Made by a program: the position numbers and the translations under genes. 64,000 nucleotides of DNA from positions 1,632,001 through 1,696,000 of the forward strand of contig CAWANH010000028.1 in the NCBI GenBank assembly GCA_963783375.1. Reading direction: 5' to 3'. Below, one piece after another: positions 47,899 to 59,104 of this stretch. The DNA is from Candidatus Eiseniibacteriota bacterium (GTDB taxonomy: Bacteria; Eisenbacteria; RBG-16-71-46; JABDJR01). The notes under the pieces were generated by a model. That model was not told the DNA's origin. It searched no databases and saw only the letters and a list, made by a program, of their open reading frames with translations. Positions within the stretch are counted from its first letter, which is position 1. Each line of letters starts with the position of its first letter.

Positions 47899-48453
47899 AT
47901 GAAACCCATCAGCCGAGACGACATCGTTGATTTCGAGACCTACGAGGAGACCCGGCCGGAGTTCCGCGCCCGGGTGATGCAGGTCAAGGACGCCCGCCGG
48001 ATCCACGTCGGCGAGGATCTCACGTTCCTCTTCGAGAACGCCCTCACCATGCGCTACCAGGTTCAAGAGATGATGCGGGCGGAGCGGATGGTGAAGGAAA
48101 GCGACATCCAGCACGAGATCGAGACCTACAACGGGCTCCTTGGCGGCGACGGCGAGTTGGGGGCCACGCTCCTGATCGAGATCGACGACCCCGACGAGCG
48201 GAACGTGAAACTTCGGGAGTGGATGGAGCTTCCCGAGCACCTCTATGCGCTTCTCGAGGACGGCGCCAAGGTGCGCCCGACCTTCGACGAGAGCCAGCGG
48301 GGGGAGGGACGGCTGAGCTCGGTCCAGTACCTCAAGTTCAAGGTTGGGAAGAGCGCCCCGGTGACCCTGGGGGTCGATCTCCCCGGCGCCGAGGCCGAGG
48401 CCCGGCTCACCGACGCGCAGCGCCAGGCGCTGGCGGAGGATTTGAAGGGCTGA
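47899..48453 (+). CDS. DUF3501 family protein
   Basis: 'LFEN..T.RYQVQEM.RAE', 'ATLLIEI', 'SSVQYLKF'. Expected position after rbr and the Fe-S oxidoreductase. Confidence 0.85.
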   Translation: MKPISRDDIVDFETYEETRPEFRARVMQVKDARRIHVGEDLTFLFENALTMRYQVQEMMRAERMVKESDIQHEIETYNGLLGGDGELGATLLIEIDDPDERNVKLREWMELPEHLYALLEDGAKVRPTFDESQRGEGRLSSVQYLKFKVGKSAPVTLGVDLPGAEAEARLTDAQRQALAEDLKG

Positions 48454-48624
48454 GTTCAGGCTCCCCGTTGCCCGGCCGCGATCCGGTCGGGAATGCCGAC
48501 TTTAAGAGTACTAGGATATTTTCCTGGCACATTTTGATTTCATGAGTAGTTTTCAGTAGGTTAATGCTAGCCTCTCGCCTTGTACCCCCTCACTTTCTTT
48601 CCCTGCCGAAAGTGAGGTCGAGTG

Positions 48625-51540
48625 ATGCGGTGGTGGTTGGGCCTTCCTCGGGTATCCACTTTTCTTATCGCCCTAGTCGTGTTGATTGTCGTTCCGCCCG
48701 GGTGCAAGGACGATCAGCCGGCGCGAAACAGCCTTCCCGACATCGGGATCGTGAGCTGCCCACCCGAAGCGATGCCCTTGGGGAGCGACTGCGCTTTCTC
48801 CTGGTGGGCCTCGGATGAGGATGGGCAGGTCGTGGGCTACTACTACGGCCTCGACGACGACACCCCGGGGGTCTGGATCACCGCCACCGCCTGTACGGTT
48901 CAGGTGACGTTATCCGGAGCGCACACCTTCTACCTCCAGGCCGAGGACAACAAGGGCGGCCGGTCCGAAGTCGACTCCTGCGGCTTCACCATGGGCGAGG
49001 CCGTTCCCGGCTGCGTCGTCGCGCCGGCCAGCCTTGATTTCGGCAGCCTGACCGTCGGATCGACCGCGGAGCGGTCCTTCACCATCACCAACGACGGGAC
49101 CGGTACCCTGGCCGGTACGGTGACCGAGAGCTGCGGCGAGTACGAGCTGGTGAGCGGGGGAGGCGCTTACTCGCTCTCCCCGGCGGCCGTTCGGACGGTC
49201 ACCGTGAGGTTCTCCCCGTCCGCCTCCGGCACCTACACCTGCTCGATCGATCTCGGCGCTGAGGCCTGCACGGACGTCTCCTGCAGCGGCACGGCCACGG
49301 ACGTGACCGCCTGTGGCGTCGGCCCCACCAGCCTCGATTTCGGCACCGTGGACGTGGGATCGACCGCGGACCGGACCTTCACCATCACCAACAACGGGAC
49401 CGGTACCCTTGCCGGTACGGTGACCGAGAGCTGCGACCACTACCAGGTGGTGAGCGGAGGGGGAGCCTATTCCCTCGCCCCGGCGGCGGTTCGTACGGTG
49501 ACGGTGCGATTCGCCCCGACCGCCTCCGGAACCCATGCCTGCACCGTCAACCTTGGGGCGGCGGCCTGCACCGATGTCTCCTGCAGCGGCACGGCCGTGG
49601 ACGTGACGGCGTGCGACGTTAACCCCACCTCGCTCGACTTCGGTAGCGTGAGCGTCCAGTCGACGGTGGACCGGACCTTCACCATCACCAACAACGGGAC
49701 CGGGACCCTGGCCGGTTCGGTGACCGAAAGCTGCGACCACTACCAGGTGGTGAGCGGAGGGGGGGCCTACTCCCTCGCTCCGGCGGCGGTTCGCACGGTG
49801 ACGGTGCGATTCGCCCCGACCGCCTCCGGAACCCATGCCTGCACGGTGGACCTGGGGGTATCGGCTTGTTCCGACGTCGCGTGCACCGGGACGGCCACCG
49901 ATGTAATCGCCTGCGACGTCTCGCCGGCCAGCCTGGACTTCGGCAACGTCGACATCGGGAGCCTGGCCGACCTCACCTTCACCATCACCAACAACGGTAC
50001 CGCCTCGGTGGCCGGGATGGTCAGCGAGGGGTGCGAGTTCTATCACGTTGTCTACGGTAATGGCGCCTACACCCTGGCCCCGGGCGATTCGCGCGCGGTG
50101 ATCGTCCGGTTCGTTCCGCTCCAGGCCGGGTCCTTCTCCTGCCAGATCGACCTGGGCAGCGGCTCGTGTGGCGCGGTGTCCTGTTCGGCGACCGGAGTGG
50201 CCCTCGGCGGCACCGAATTCAAGGCGAACGTGATCTTCGCCTATCAATGGGCGATGGACCTGATCAGCGCCGTCGGCAACACGTTCACCTTCGAGCTTGG
50301 CGGCATGGTGCCGGATGTCAACGTGGGAGACGTGATCCTGGGGCTCAAGTCGGATCTGACGCCCTATGTGCGGAAGGTGGTGTCGGTGGTGCGGTCGGGG
50401 AGCCAGCTGATCCTGGAGATGATCGAGGCCTCCCTGGTCGACATCTACAAGGAGGTGGACAAGACGAACCAGTTCACGCTCCCGATCACCGATCCCGGGT
50501 CGGCGGGGGAGATTCTCGACGGGGTGAGGATCGCCGACGGTGGGCTGGAGTGGGACGGCTTCACCGTCGCCGTCCCCAGCCTCGGCTACGTCGCGGTGAA
50601 AGATGCCTACGTTCACCTGGACAACTTCACCATCGACACCGGCTACCGGATCGCCAACTCCTCGGTGGCGGAGCTTCAGAACCTGATCAACGTCGACATC
50701 ACCTTCGGGTGCGACCTCAGTGCCGGTCTCGACCTGGGGGCGCCGGGTGTCACCAGGACCGGGTCCTACACCGCGCCGGAAGTCAAGATCTACGAGAACA
50801 CCAAGACGTTCCAGAGCCAGGAGTGTGCTCCCCCCCTCGACTGCCCGTTTTCCATCCTGCCTCAGGTGGCCTGCGTGAATTACGGTCTTGGCGTTCCCGA
50901 GCTGTGTACCCAGCAGGGGGTTGACGCCGCCTGCGCGAGGTGGGCCGCGTCGCAACCGGACGTGTGCGTGAATCTCTGCCACGAGGTGACCTACACCGTG
51001 TACCTCGGCGGGGTGTACGACTGGTCCTTCACCAACGCTCCGGGTGAGGCCGGACCGGGGGCCGCGCCGTCGGGCTCGACCATCAACCTGGGCAACCTGG
51101 ATGGCGGGGTCTCGCTCGAGGTCGGCGAGAAGTACCTGAACGGAGCCTGGGACTTCATCCGGGACAGCGCGAAGATCCCGAGCCAGGTGAACCCCAGCTT
51201 CGGCACCTACTCGGTGATCGACATGAAGCCCTACGTGGTGGTGAAGATCCGGGACAAGGTGCACTTCTGCGACCTGGCTCTTCCTCCGTTCACGGCTCCG
51301 GTCACCCGGATCACCTACTACCTGCACTCGACGACCACCACGAGCCTGACCGAGTGGTGCCTGGACGTCCAGGGGGGCCGGACGGTCGAGATCCTGAACA
51401 CCGAGATTCCGCCGGCCTACGCGGACTATCTCGGCGAGAACATCTACCAGAACTGGAACGCGCCCGGGGTAAATCCGGACAGCTGGCCCCAGTACCACGG
51501 CTGCCATTCGTGGCTCCCGTTCGCGCCGAAGGAGGATTGA
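48625..51540 (+). CDS. Cys-rich surface lipoprotein with four choice-of-anchor-D/ASH-like Ig repeats
   Basis: PPGC lipobox; four 100-aa repeats 'P.SLDFG.V.VGST..RTFTITNNGTGTL.G...VTVRF.P'. Confidence 0.82.
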   Translation: MRWWLGLPRVSTFLIALVVLIVVPPGCKDDQPARNSLPDIGIVSCPPEAMPLGSDCAFSWWASDEDGQVVGYYYGLDDDTPGVWITATACTVQVTLSGAHTFYLQAEDNKGGRSEVDSCGFTMGEAVPGCVVAPASLDFGSLTVGSTAERSFTITNDGTGTLAGTVTESCGEYELVSGGGAYSLSPAAVRTVTVRFSPSASGTYTCSIDLGAEACTDVSCSGTATDVTACGVGPTSLDFGTVDVGSTADRTFTITNNGTGTLAGTVTESCDHYQVVSGGGAYSLAPAAVRTVTVRFAPTASGTHACTVNLGAAACTDVSCSGTAVDVTACDVNPTSLDFGSVSVQSTVDRTFTITNNGTGTLAGSVTESCDHYQVVSGGGAYSLAPAAVRTVTVRFAPTASGTHACTVDLGVSACSDVACTGTATDVIACDVSPASLDFGNVDIGSLADLTFTITNNGTASVAGMVSEGCEFYHVVYGNGAYTLAPGDSRAVIVRFVPLQAGSFSCQIDLGSGSCGAVSCSATGVALGGTEFKANVIFAYQWAMDLISAVGNTFTFELGGMVPDVNVGDVILGLKSDLTPYVRKVVSVVRSGSQLILEMIEASLVDIYKEVDKTNQFTLPITDPGSAGEILDGVRIADGGLEWDGFTVAVPSLGYVAVKDAYVHLDNFTIDTGYRIANSSVAELQNLINVDITFGCDLSAGLDLGAPGVTRTGSYTAPEVKIYENTKTFQSQECAPPLDCPFSILPQVACVNYGLGVPELCTQQGVDAACARWAASQPDVCVNLCHEVTYTVYLGGVYDWSFTNAPGEAGPGAAPSGSTINLGNLDGGVSLEVGEKYLNGAWDFIRDSAKIPSQVNPSFGTYSVIDMKPYVVVKIRDKVHFCDLALPPFTAPVTRITYYLHSTTTTSLTEWCLDVQGGRTVEILNTEIPPAYADYLGENIYQNWNAPGVNPDSWPQYHGCHSWLPFAPKED
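49012..50200 (+). repeat. Four tandem ~300-bp coding repeats
   Basis: SLDFG-encoding segments start at 49030, 49330, 49630 and 49930. Confidence 0.92.
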
Positions 51541-51645
51541 GTACCGCATGGGTGCTTCTTCGCCACCCCGGCGGGGAAGCGAGTGTCGATGGGTCGCGCC
51601 GGCTCCGGGTCCTGGACGGCCCTGGGCCGGCTTGGGAGAGACAAC

Positions 51646-53964
51646 ATGAGACGAACATCATGCATGCGGGCCGGAGTGATCGCTCTGGCGGCCGCCATGC
51701 TCTTCGCACTTGCCGTGAGCTGTGGCCACGACGAGCGGCGGAACCGAGCCGCCGTCACCGAACCGTCGGTCTCGCCGTCCGCCACGACGATCCCCGAGCA
51801 CGAGGCCGGCGCTTCGAACCGTGTGGCCCTCTTCGGGACCGCGGCCTCCTTCGACGGCGGGATCCTGGTCGTGGAGATGCCCCCGGCGGTGGTCCCCGGC
51901 CGGGAACCGCCGGTCCGTCGCTGGATCCCCGTCCCCGGACTGGGTGACGTCGCCGGAAAGCGGGTGCGCGTGGCGATCGACGACGCGACCACTATCCAGA
52001 TCCAGGACGGCGGTTCGGAATCCGTTCCCCCCGGAACCCCCGTCATGGTCGCGGGTGTGGTTTCTGGCGACCGGGTACTGGCGCGTCTCGTGGCTGACAT
52101 GCGCATCATCGACGCCTACTTCCGTTCCCCCGAAGCTCCGGCGCTTCCGCAGATCGAAGGGACCTGGCGGGAGCTGGCACCGGACGAGCTGCCGGCGATC
52201 CTCCCCCCTCCGGGGTCCGGATTCGCGGGGGAGCGCGCCGCCCTGCAGGCGATCGCGGTTTCCGACCGCTCCCAGACTCTGGAATTCAAGGGTGAGATCG
52301 ATTCGCCGCTGGGTGGGGGGTGGAATTCGGGGTCGCTCTTCATTCCGATCTCCACGATGCCCGGACTGTTCCTGAAGTCCATCGCGGTGAAGGCGAGTGT
52401 CGGTGGGGGCCACTTCAACTTCCCCTTCACCTTCGACCTCGATTCCCCCGCGCCTCTGTTCGTGGACTCCAACGGGCTCCTGGACGTATCGGTGACCCCG
52501 AAGGAGCCGGATGGAGGGGCCACCAGCTACGACTGGCTCCAGGGTGTCCTGCTCACGGTCAAGGTCACCTACTGGGGTCTGGACTTCAGCCAAGACGTGG
52601 GCGAGGCACAGTCGTTCGAGATGACCGACGCGGCTCCCATGCCCGGAGAGACCATCGAGGTTCCTCATCCCGACTGTCTCAAGTTCCAGATCCTCAAGAT
52701 CAAGGATCTTCCGTCGCCGTTCGAGGTGAGGGTCTGTCTCGACCAGACGTTCCACGGCGAGCCGTTCGGGGTGGACACCCTGGTCGTGGACGGCTCGACC
52801 CACCCGGCAATCGAGGACCCACTCGCATACTTCAAGTGCCCGCTGTTCGGGGGAGAGCCGGGCAACTGGGAGCTCAAGCCGGAGTGGCCGTTCGATGGAA
52901 CCACGCCGCTGATATTCCCGGTCAGGCCGTCCACGAACCCGCTCACCGTGGATCTGAGAGGGTTTCTCTATCGGCCCACTCGGGATCTGGGCATGAGCCT
53001 GGAGCTGTCCTTCCTGGGGCATACCTACTTCGACACTCCGACACTGACCCTCACGAGGGACGGCTGCGAGAACTACGTCCCGCCCGACCAGGAGGATTGC
53101 CCGCCCTACCTGGGATCCGGAACCTGCGGCGAACAACCCAAGATGGTGAGCCTGGCCCTGCCGGTGATCCCGGTGGTGACCTCGGTCACCGCCACGCCGT
53201 ACCTGTCCCGGGTGGGCGACACCGTGGTGCTCGAAGCCCTGGTGCGGGGCGCGAACGGCCCCGGATTGAGCCCCAGGGAGGTCTCGTTCTACGACGACGA
53301 CGCGCTCCTCGGCGTGGCCCCGATCGACGGGGCGGACGTGGCCAAGCTGAGCGTCTCCACCTTGAGCCCGTGCCGGCATGAGATTCGGGCCGTGTTCATC
53401 GGGATGGACGACGAGGGCACGGCCTATCCCAGCGAGAAGAGCACGCTGGCCCTGGTCACCGGTGACGCCGACATGGCCCGGTCCGAAGGTTACTGGCAGC
53501 ATCAGATGAAGGGGAACGGGGCGATGGCCTACGAAGCCGGCACCCTCTCCTGCTACCTGGCGGTGGCCGGTGAGCTGAGCGCGGTGTTCGGCGAGCGGCG
53601 GGATGCAACCACCACCGCCCATGCTCACGACGTGCTCTTCCTCCGGCAGAATCACGGTTCGGCCCTGGAGCAGCTCGACCGGGAGCTTCTGGTCGCCTGG
53701 CTGAACGTGGCCTCGGGCGGCTTGCGCTGGGACCACGGGGTGGACCTGGACCGCGACGGGATCGCTGACGTGTCGTGCATGGACGTGCTGAACCGCGCCG
53801 AGAGTGTTCGCCTCGATCCGTCGGCCACGGAGTCCGACTGCCTCAGGTACGCCCAGATCGTGCACACCATGAAGGCCATGGCGCCGGATGGGCCCGGCAT
53901 GCCGGAGACCCAGGTCGTGCCCGGTAACAAGCAACGCCCGGGGGAGGTGACCTCCGGGTTCTGA
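51646..53964 (+). CDS. Large hypothetical lipoprotein with Big_3-like Ig domain
   Basis: LAVSC lipobox, 'VGDTVVLEALV...VSFYD....LG...I....AKL..STL...HEIRAVF', 'RSEGYWQHQ'. Confidence 0.75.
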   Translation: MRRTSCMRAGVIALAAAMLFALAVSCGHDERRNRAAVTEPSVSPSATTIPEHEAGASNRVALFGTAASFDGGILVVEMPPAVVPGREPPVRRWIPVPGLGDVAGKRVRVAIDDATTIQIQDGGSESVPPGTPVMVAGVVSGDRVLARLVADMRIIDAYFRSPEAPALPQIEGTWRELAPDELPAILPPPGSGFAGERAALQAIAVSDRSQTLEFKGEIDSPLGGGWNSGSLFIPISTMPGLFLKSIAVKASVGGGHFNFPFTFDLDSPAPLFVDSNGLLDVSVTPKEPDGGATSYDWLQGVLLTVKVTYWGLDFSQDVGEAQSFEMTDAAPMPGETIEVPHPDCLKFQILKIKDLPSPFEVRVCLDQTFHGEPFGVDTLVVDGSTHPAIEDPLAYFKCPLFGGEPGNWELKPEWPFDGTTPLIFPVRPSTNPLTVDLRGFLYRPTRDLGMSLELSFLGHTYFDTPTLTLTRDGCENYVPPDQEDCPPYLGSGTCGEQPKMVSLALPVIPVVTSVTATPYLSRVGDTVVLEALVRGANGPGLSPREVSFYDDDALLGVAPIDGADVAKLSVSTLSPCRHEIRAVFIGMDDEGTAYPSEKSTLALVTGDADMARSEGYWQHQMKGNGAMAYEAGTLSCYLAVAGELSAVFGERRDATTTAHAHDVLFLRQNHGSALEQLDRELLVAWLNVASGGLRWDHGVDLDRDGIADVSCMDVLNRAESVRLDPSATESDCLRYAQIVHTMKAMAPDGPGMPETQVVPGNKQRPGEVTSGF

Positions 53965-53975
53965 TCCAAACGAAG

Positions 53976-54013
53976 GTCCCCGCCTTCCTCCTGGGAGGGC
54001 GGGGACGCTTTCT
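53976..54013 (+). terminator. Putative intrinsic terminator
   Basis: GTCCCCGCCTTCC...GGAGGGCGGGGAC hairpin followed by GCTTTCT, between convergent genes. Confidence 0.5.
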
Positions 54014-54075
54014 CTGCCTCGAATCCGCGGGGGGAGCGGCGTGGCCGCTTCCCCCGCGATCGTCAATGATTCCGG

Positions 54076-54909
54076 CTAGTAGATATCCAGCGGCACGTCG
54101 TGAACCGGGGCGGGGAACTCCCGGTTCAAGCTTGCCAGGTCTTCCCGGGTAAGCTCGATCTCCACCGAGGCCGCGTTGGCGCGGACGTGCTCCTCCTCGG
54201 ACGCCTTCACGATGGCCACCACCCCGCGGTGGTGGACGGTCCAGGCCAGGGCGATCTGCTCCGGGCTCAGGCCGTGGCGCTCGGCTACTTCACGCAATCC
54301 GGGCTGCTCCCCAAGCTGGCCGCGCTCGAGCGGGGAATAGGCCATGACCACGATCTGGCGCTCGGCGCACCAGGGAAGGAGCCCCGGCTCGATGTTCCGC
54401 CGCTCCAGGTTGTAGAGCACCTGGTCCGCGGCCATCCGGTCGCCACCGGGCAGTTCCTGGGCTTCCTTCATGGCCTCGAGATCGAAGTTGCTGACCCCGT
54501 AGTCCATGATCTTCCCCGCGTCCACCAGCTCCTGAAAGGCCTCGAAGGTTTCCTCCAGGGGATGATTCCCCGGCCAGTGGAGGAGATAAAGGTCCAGCCG
54601 GTCGGTCCCGAGGCGCTTCAGGCTCCGCTCCGCCGCGTGGACGATTCCCTTTCGCGACGCGTTCTGCGGCGACACCTTGGACACCAGGTAGACCTCGTCC
54701 CGGCGGCCGCGGATCGCCTCGCCCACCACCTTCTCGGCGCCGCCGGAGGCGTAGGACTCCGCGGTGTCCACCAGGGTGAGACCCAGGTCGAAGCCGAGCT
54801 GGAGCGCCCGGACCTCGTCCTTCTTCCGGGCGGCCTTCTCTCCCATGTGCCAGGTGCCCTGACCGAGGACCGGAAAATGTGCGCCGGTCCGAGCCTCGAT
54901 GGTGCGCAT
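54076..54909 (-). CDS. Aldo/keto reductase
   Basis: 'LGQGTWHMG', 'VDTAESY', 'YLVSKV', 'DLYLLHWP', 'GVSNF', 'QVLYNL', 'AYSPL'. Confidence 0.95.
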   Translation of the reverse strand: MRTIEARTGAHFPVLGQGTWHMGEKAARKKDEVRALQLGFDLGLTLVDTAESYASGGAEKVVGEAIRGRRDEVYLVSKVSPQNASRKGIVHAAERSLKRLGTDRLDLYLLHWPGNHPLEETFEAFQELVDAGKIMDYGVSNFDLEAMKEAQELPGGDRMAADQVLYNLERRNIEPGLLPWCAERQIVVMAYSPLERGQLGEQPGLREVAERHGLSPEQIALAWTVHHRGVVAIVKASEEEHVRANAASVEIELTREDLASLNREFPAPVHDVPLDIY

Positions 54910-55056
54910 CGTGAACCTCCCCTGGGTACTTCCCCGCGAGGGGGACAGAACCTAACCCCCATGAAGCCAAAGCGTTAGCAGTCTACCGGGTAAAGCCGGG
55001 GCGGCCGGGTTCACCGGCCGCCCCCCATCTTAGCGCGAACGCGGCCGAGTTCCCAA

Positions 55057-55831
55057 TCAGTCGAAGAGGGCCTCGACCTTCCGGTACTGGTCGTGAACCG
55101 ACTCCACCGCCGCCGCCGCCGGCTCCCAGGAGCTGCCGCCGGCGGTTTCCTGGAGGGCCTGGGTGCGCTCGCAAAGGGTCGGCGATCTCGCTCTTCAGGG
55201 TGTCGGACTTCTCCGCGAACCAATCGGGCACCGAGGCCTCGGAGAGGCGCGCACACCGTTCGGACAGAGCGGCGGACGCTTCCCGCAACGACTCCAGATC
55301 CTTGGCCGGCAGGTGCCGGTGATAGATCTTGTAGAGCTCCACGTGATAGGCGTCGAGTTCCTTCATCACCGGCCGCACCACCCGAACCTGCTTCTCGAAG
55401 TCGGTGTGGAGCGACTCCACCGCCCTCATCAGGGCCTCTTCGTCGTCGGCCGCCGCCGCGGTCTCGTAGGCCGCGAGGTCGGCGCGGAGGCGATCCAGCC
55501 CCTCCGCCCAGGCCGCGCTCTTGTCCCGAAGTATCCCCGGCAGCTCCGCCGCCGCCACCGCCTCGACGTGCTCCCGCACCTGGGGGAGAAGTTCCTTCAT
55601 CATCGCGGTGTCCTTCTCCGGCCAGGCGGTGTGCCAGAGGGGAAAGATCACCTCGTGGAACGCGGTGAGCGCGGGAACCTCGGCCTTGAGTTCGGTCTCG
55701 CCCGCCGCCTCCGCCTGGTCCCCCTTGTCTCCGCCCGCCGTCCCGTGGGAGGGGCAGGGAGGCTCCGCCGCGGCAAAACCCCAGATGAAAGCTCCCAGCA
55801 ACGCCGTCAGCACCCAGATCCGACCGATCAT
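55057..55831 (-). CDS. Secreted helical protein with duplicated His-containing module (frameshift near 55185)
   Basis: GGAGG RBS, signal peptide, repeats FHEVIFPLWH / YHVELYKIYH and VESLHTDF / VESVHDQY (last one in the shifted frame). Confidence 0.65.
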
Positions 55832-56046
55832 GTCGTCTTTCCTCCTCCCCGCCACGGGTTCACCACACGGGGACGCCCCCCGGTGAGCCGTATTGTTCCG
55901 ATTCCGGAGGCGAAACTCAAGCGCCATCGGCGGGGAGGAATCGTGACCTTGCCGGGCCGAAACGCGTCTACACTGTGGGCCACGCATCTCCCCGCCCGGG
56001 TGAGAAAGGGGTGTTCGTGACGGAGTCGGTCGGGATACGGCCGGGG

Positions 56047-57732
56047 ATGCGACGCGTCCTCGTCCTCCTCGCGGTCCTGGTGGCGGTGGCGGCGGTCCTC
56101 GCTTGGGGCACCGTGCACGAGGTGCAGTCCGGTGCGCGCGAGGTCGAGGCCCTGATGACCGCCCACGCCCGCTCCATCGCCGACGTGGTGGCGGAGAGCG
56201 GCCGGCACAGCCTCGAGGCCTATCTCCGGTGGGAGAACGAGATCGCCGGGCGCCTGGTCGACAACGCCCGGTGGGTGGCGCTCCAGGACTCGGAGTCCCC
56301 CCTGGACTCCGCCCAGCTCGCCCGCTTCGCCGAAGCCCACCATCTCCACCGCATCAACCTCTTCGACGCCCGGGGGGACCGCGTGGCCACCAGCAGCCCC
56401 GAGGAGGACCACGGCGACGTCCTTCCCCGGCACCATCCGCGCGATTTCATCGCCCCGATCCTCGAAGGCCGGACCGCCGTCCTCCGGATCGGGTTCAAGC
56501 CCGCCCGGTTCCTCCCCGGCCGCCGGTTCGCGGTGGCGGTGGCCCGCCCCGGCGGGGGAGCGGTGGTGGTGAACGTGGACGCCGACACCATGCTGGCCGC
56601 GCTCGAGACCATGAACCCCGGCCACCTCTTCCGCACCCTGGGCGAGGCCCACGGAGTGCGCTACCTGGCCATCCAGGACCGGGATGGGATCCTGGCCGCC
56701 TCGCCGGGCGCGGCGGACTACGCGTTGAGCGGCGCCGGCGACTCCGCCTTCGCCGGGCTCCGCACCGAACAGGACCTCCTCACCCGGGTGCTCGACTCCC
56801 CCGTGGGGAAGGTGTTCGAAGTGGACCGCCTGGTGCAGTTCCCGGGGGAGAAGCCGGCGGTGCTCCGGGTGGGGCTCGACGCCGCGCCGCTCATGACCGC
56901 CCGGTCCGACCTCCGGCGTCGGGCCTGGATGCGCTCCGTGCTCTTTCTCCTCACCGCCGGGCTCGCCGGGGGGCTCCTCCTGGCCTGGCAACGTCACGGG
57001 CTCCTGGACCGCGAGATGGCCCGGACCCGGGTCGAGCTCACCGCCGCCGCCGAGGAGGCGCGCCGCACCGAGAAGCTGGCCGCGATGGGGGCTCTGGCCT
57101 CGGGGGTGGCCCACGAGATCCGAAACCCCCTCAACACCATCCACATGATCGCCCAGCAACTCGGCCGCGAGCGGGCGCTGAGCGCCGAGGTTCGCGAGGA
57201 AGCGGGACACGTGCGGTCGGAGGCGGAGCGCATCGAGGGAATCGTGCAGCAGTTCCTGGAGTTCGCCCGGCCCCGCGCGCCCCGGCCCGAGAGCTTCGAT
57301 GCCGGCGAGGTGGTGGCCGGCGCCGCGCGCGCCCAGGAAGCGGCCTTCGCCGCCGCCGGGTTGACCCTGGTGGTGGAGGCGGACCACATTCCGGTGCGGC
57401 TCGACCGGGAGTTCCTGGTGGAGATCGTGGAGAACCTGGTCCGGAACGCCCGGGAGGCGAGCCCCCCCGCAGGGACGGTCCGGGTGTCCGCCCGCCGCCG
57501 GCGCGATGCGGCCGAGATCTCGGTCGCGGACGAGGGGGCGGGAGTGCCCGAGGAGATCGGGCCCCGGATCTTCGACCTGTACTTCACCACCAAAGCGGGG
57601 GGGAGCGGGCTGGGGTTGAGCCTGGTGTCGCGCATGGTGTCGGACCTGGGGGGGACGGTGCGACGGGACCCGGCGCAAGCGCCCGGAGCGCGATTCGTGG
57701 TGCGCCTGCCCCTGGATGGAGGCGGACGATGA
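56047..57732 (+). CDS. Membrane sensor histidine kinase (NtrB/ZraS-like)
   Basis: Two TMs, '[11 protein letters not shown]', 'NLVRNA', 'DEGAG', '[13 protein letters not shown]'. Confidence 0.92.
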   Translation: MRRVLVLLAVLVAVAAVLAWGTVHEVQSGAREVEALMTAHARSIADVVAESGRHSLEAYLRWENEIAGRLVDNARWVALQDSESPLDSAQLARFAEAHHLHRINLFDARGDRVATSSPEEDHGDVLPRHHPRDFIAPILEGRTAVLRIGFKPARFLPGRRFAVAVARPGGGAVVVNVDADTMLAALETMNPGHLFRTLGEAHGVRYLAIQDRDGILAASPGAADYALSGAGDSAFAGLRTEQDLLTRVLDSPVGKVFEVDRLVQFPGEKPAVLRVGLDAAPLMTARSDLRRRAWMRSVLFLLTAGLAGGLLLAWQRHGLLDREMARTRVELTAAAEEARRTEKLAAMGALASGVAHEIRNPLNTIHMIAQQLGRERALSAEVREEAGHVRSEAERIEGIVQQFLEFARPRAPRPESFDAGEVVAGAARAQEAAFAAAGLTLVVEADHIPVRLDREFLVEIVENLVRNAREASPPAGTVRVSARRRRDAAEISVADEGAGVPEEIGPRIFDLYFTTKAGGSGLGLSLVSRMVSDLGGTVRRDPAQAPGARFVVRLPLDGGGR

Positions 57733-59104
57733 ACGCGGCGACGATCGTGGTGGCCGACGACGAGACCCTTCAGCGGAAGACCCTGGCCGGCTTCCTGGCC
57801 AAGGCCGGCCATCGGGTGATCGAGGCGGCCTCGGGCGAGGAGGCGGTGCGCGCGGTCGAAGGGGGGCCGGTGGATCTGGTGCTCACCGACCTCCGCATGC
57901 CCGGCCTCTCCGGGATGGATGTGGTGCGGCAGGTGAAGGCGATCCAGCCCGAGGTCGCGGTGGTGGTGCTCACCGCCTTCGGCACCGTCCGGGGGGCGGT
58001 GGAAGCGATGAAGGCGGGAGCCGCCGACTACCTCACCAAGCCGGTGGACCTGGACGAGCTGGATCTGGTGGTGGCCCGCGTGCTGGAGACGCGGGACCTG
58101 GTGCGGGAGAACCGGGAGCTTCGGCGGCGGCTGGAGGAATCCACCGCCGGGTTCCGCCTCCTGGGGCGGTCGGCCGCGCTCCGCGAGGTGCTCTCCCTGG
58201 GCGCCCGGGTGGCCGGGACCGATGCCACCGTCCTCATCCGGGGAGAGAGCGGAACCGGGAAGGAGCTCCTGGCCCGCTCCATCCACCTCCTGGGGCGACG
58301 GGCCGAGGGGCCGTTCGTGGCGATCAACTGCGCCGCGCTTCCGGAGACGCTCCTGGAGAGCGAGCTCTTCGGCCACGAACGGGGCTCCTTCACCGGGGCC
58401 GAGCGCCGCCACCGCGGCCGGGTGGAAGCGGCCGAGGGGGGAACCCTCTTCCTGGACGAGATCGGGGACGTGGCGCCGGCGGTGCAGGTCAAGCTCCTCC
58501 GGTTCCTGCAAGAGCGCGAGTTCACGCCGGTGGGGGGGAGGCCGCCCTCCGCGCCGACGTCCGGGTCATGGCCGCCACCCATCGCGACCTCGAGGCGATG
58601 ATGCGCGACGGCGGCTTCCGCGACGACCTCTTCTACCGGCTGAACGTGGTGAGCCTCACCCTCCCCCCGCTCCGGGACCGGCGCGAGGACATCCCCGAGC
58701 TGATCGAGCACTTCCTGGCCCGCTTCGCCCGGCGCCACGACCGTCCGGTCACCCAGGCCAGCCGCGAAGCCACCGACGCCCTGATCAAGTACGCCTACCC
58801 CGGAAACGTGCGCGAGCTGGAGAACATCGTGGAGCAGGCGGTGATCCTGGCCCGGGGGCAGGTGATCATGGTGGAGGATCTTCCACCCGCGGTGCGGCGG
58901 CCGGGCGGCGGCGGCCCGGCGGACCCGCTCTCCCCGGATGCCGTGGAAGGAAATCTCCCCGCGGTGCTCGACGACCTGGAGCGCCGGATCGTGCTCGAGA
59001 CCCTGGCTCGCGAGGGGGGGAACCAGAGCGAGACCGCGCGGCGGCTCGGCCTCACCGAGAGCGGGCTTCGCTACAAGCTCAAGCGCTGGCAGGGGTCGGA
59101 GTAG
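57729..59104 (+). CDS. Sigma54-dependent response regulator (NtrC/ZraR-like); frameshift in the G-run near 58533
   Basis: REC 'DLRMPGLSG', GESGTGKE, '[15 protein letters not shown]', then the other frame 'ATHRDL...FRDDLFYRL...[10 protein letters not shown]' and HTH. Confidence 0.9.

Noticed and set aside
48524-48541. CTGGCACATTTTGATTTC as a sigma54 promoter for the Ig-repeat lipoprotein
   Set aside because: Good -24 element but no GC at the -12 position.
49012-50200. Possible CRISPR array or non-coding repeat
   Set aside because: In-frame 300-bp coding repeats with no spacers and no cas genes. No CRISPR array, tRNA or rRNA was recognised anywhere in the window.
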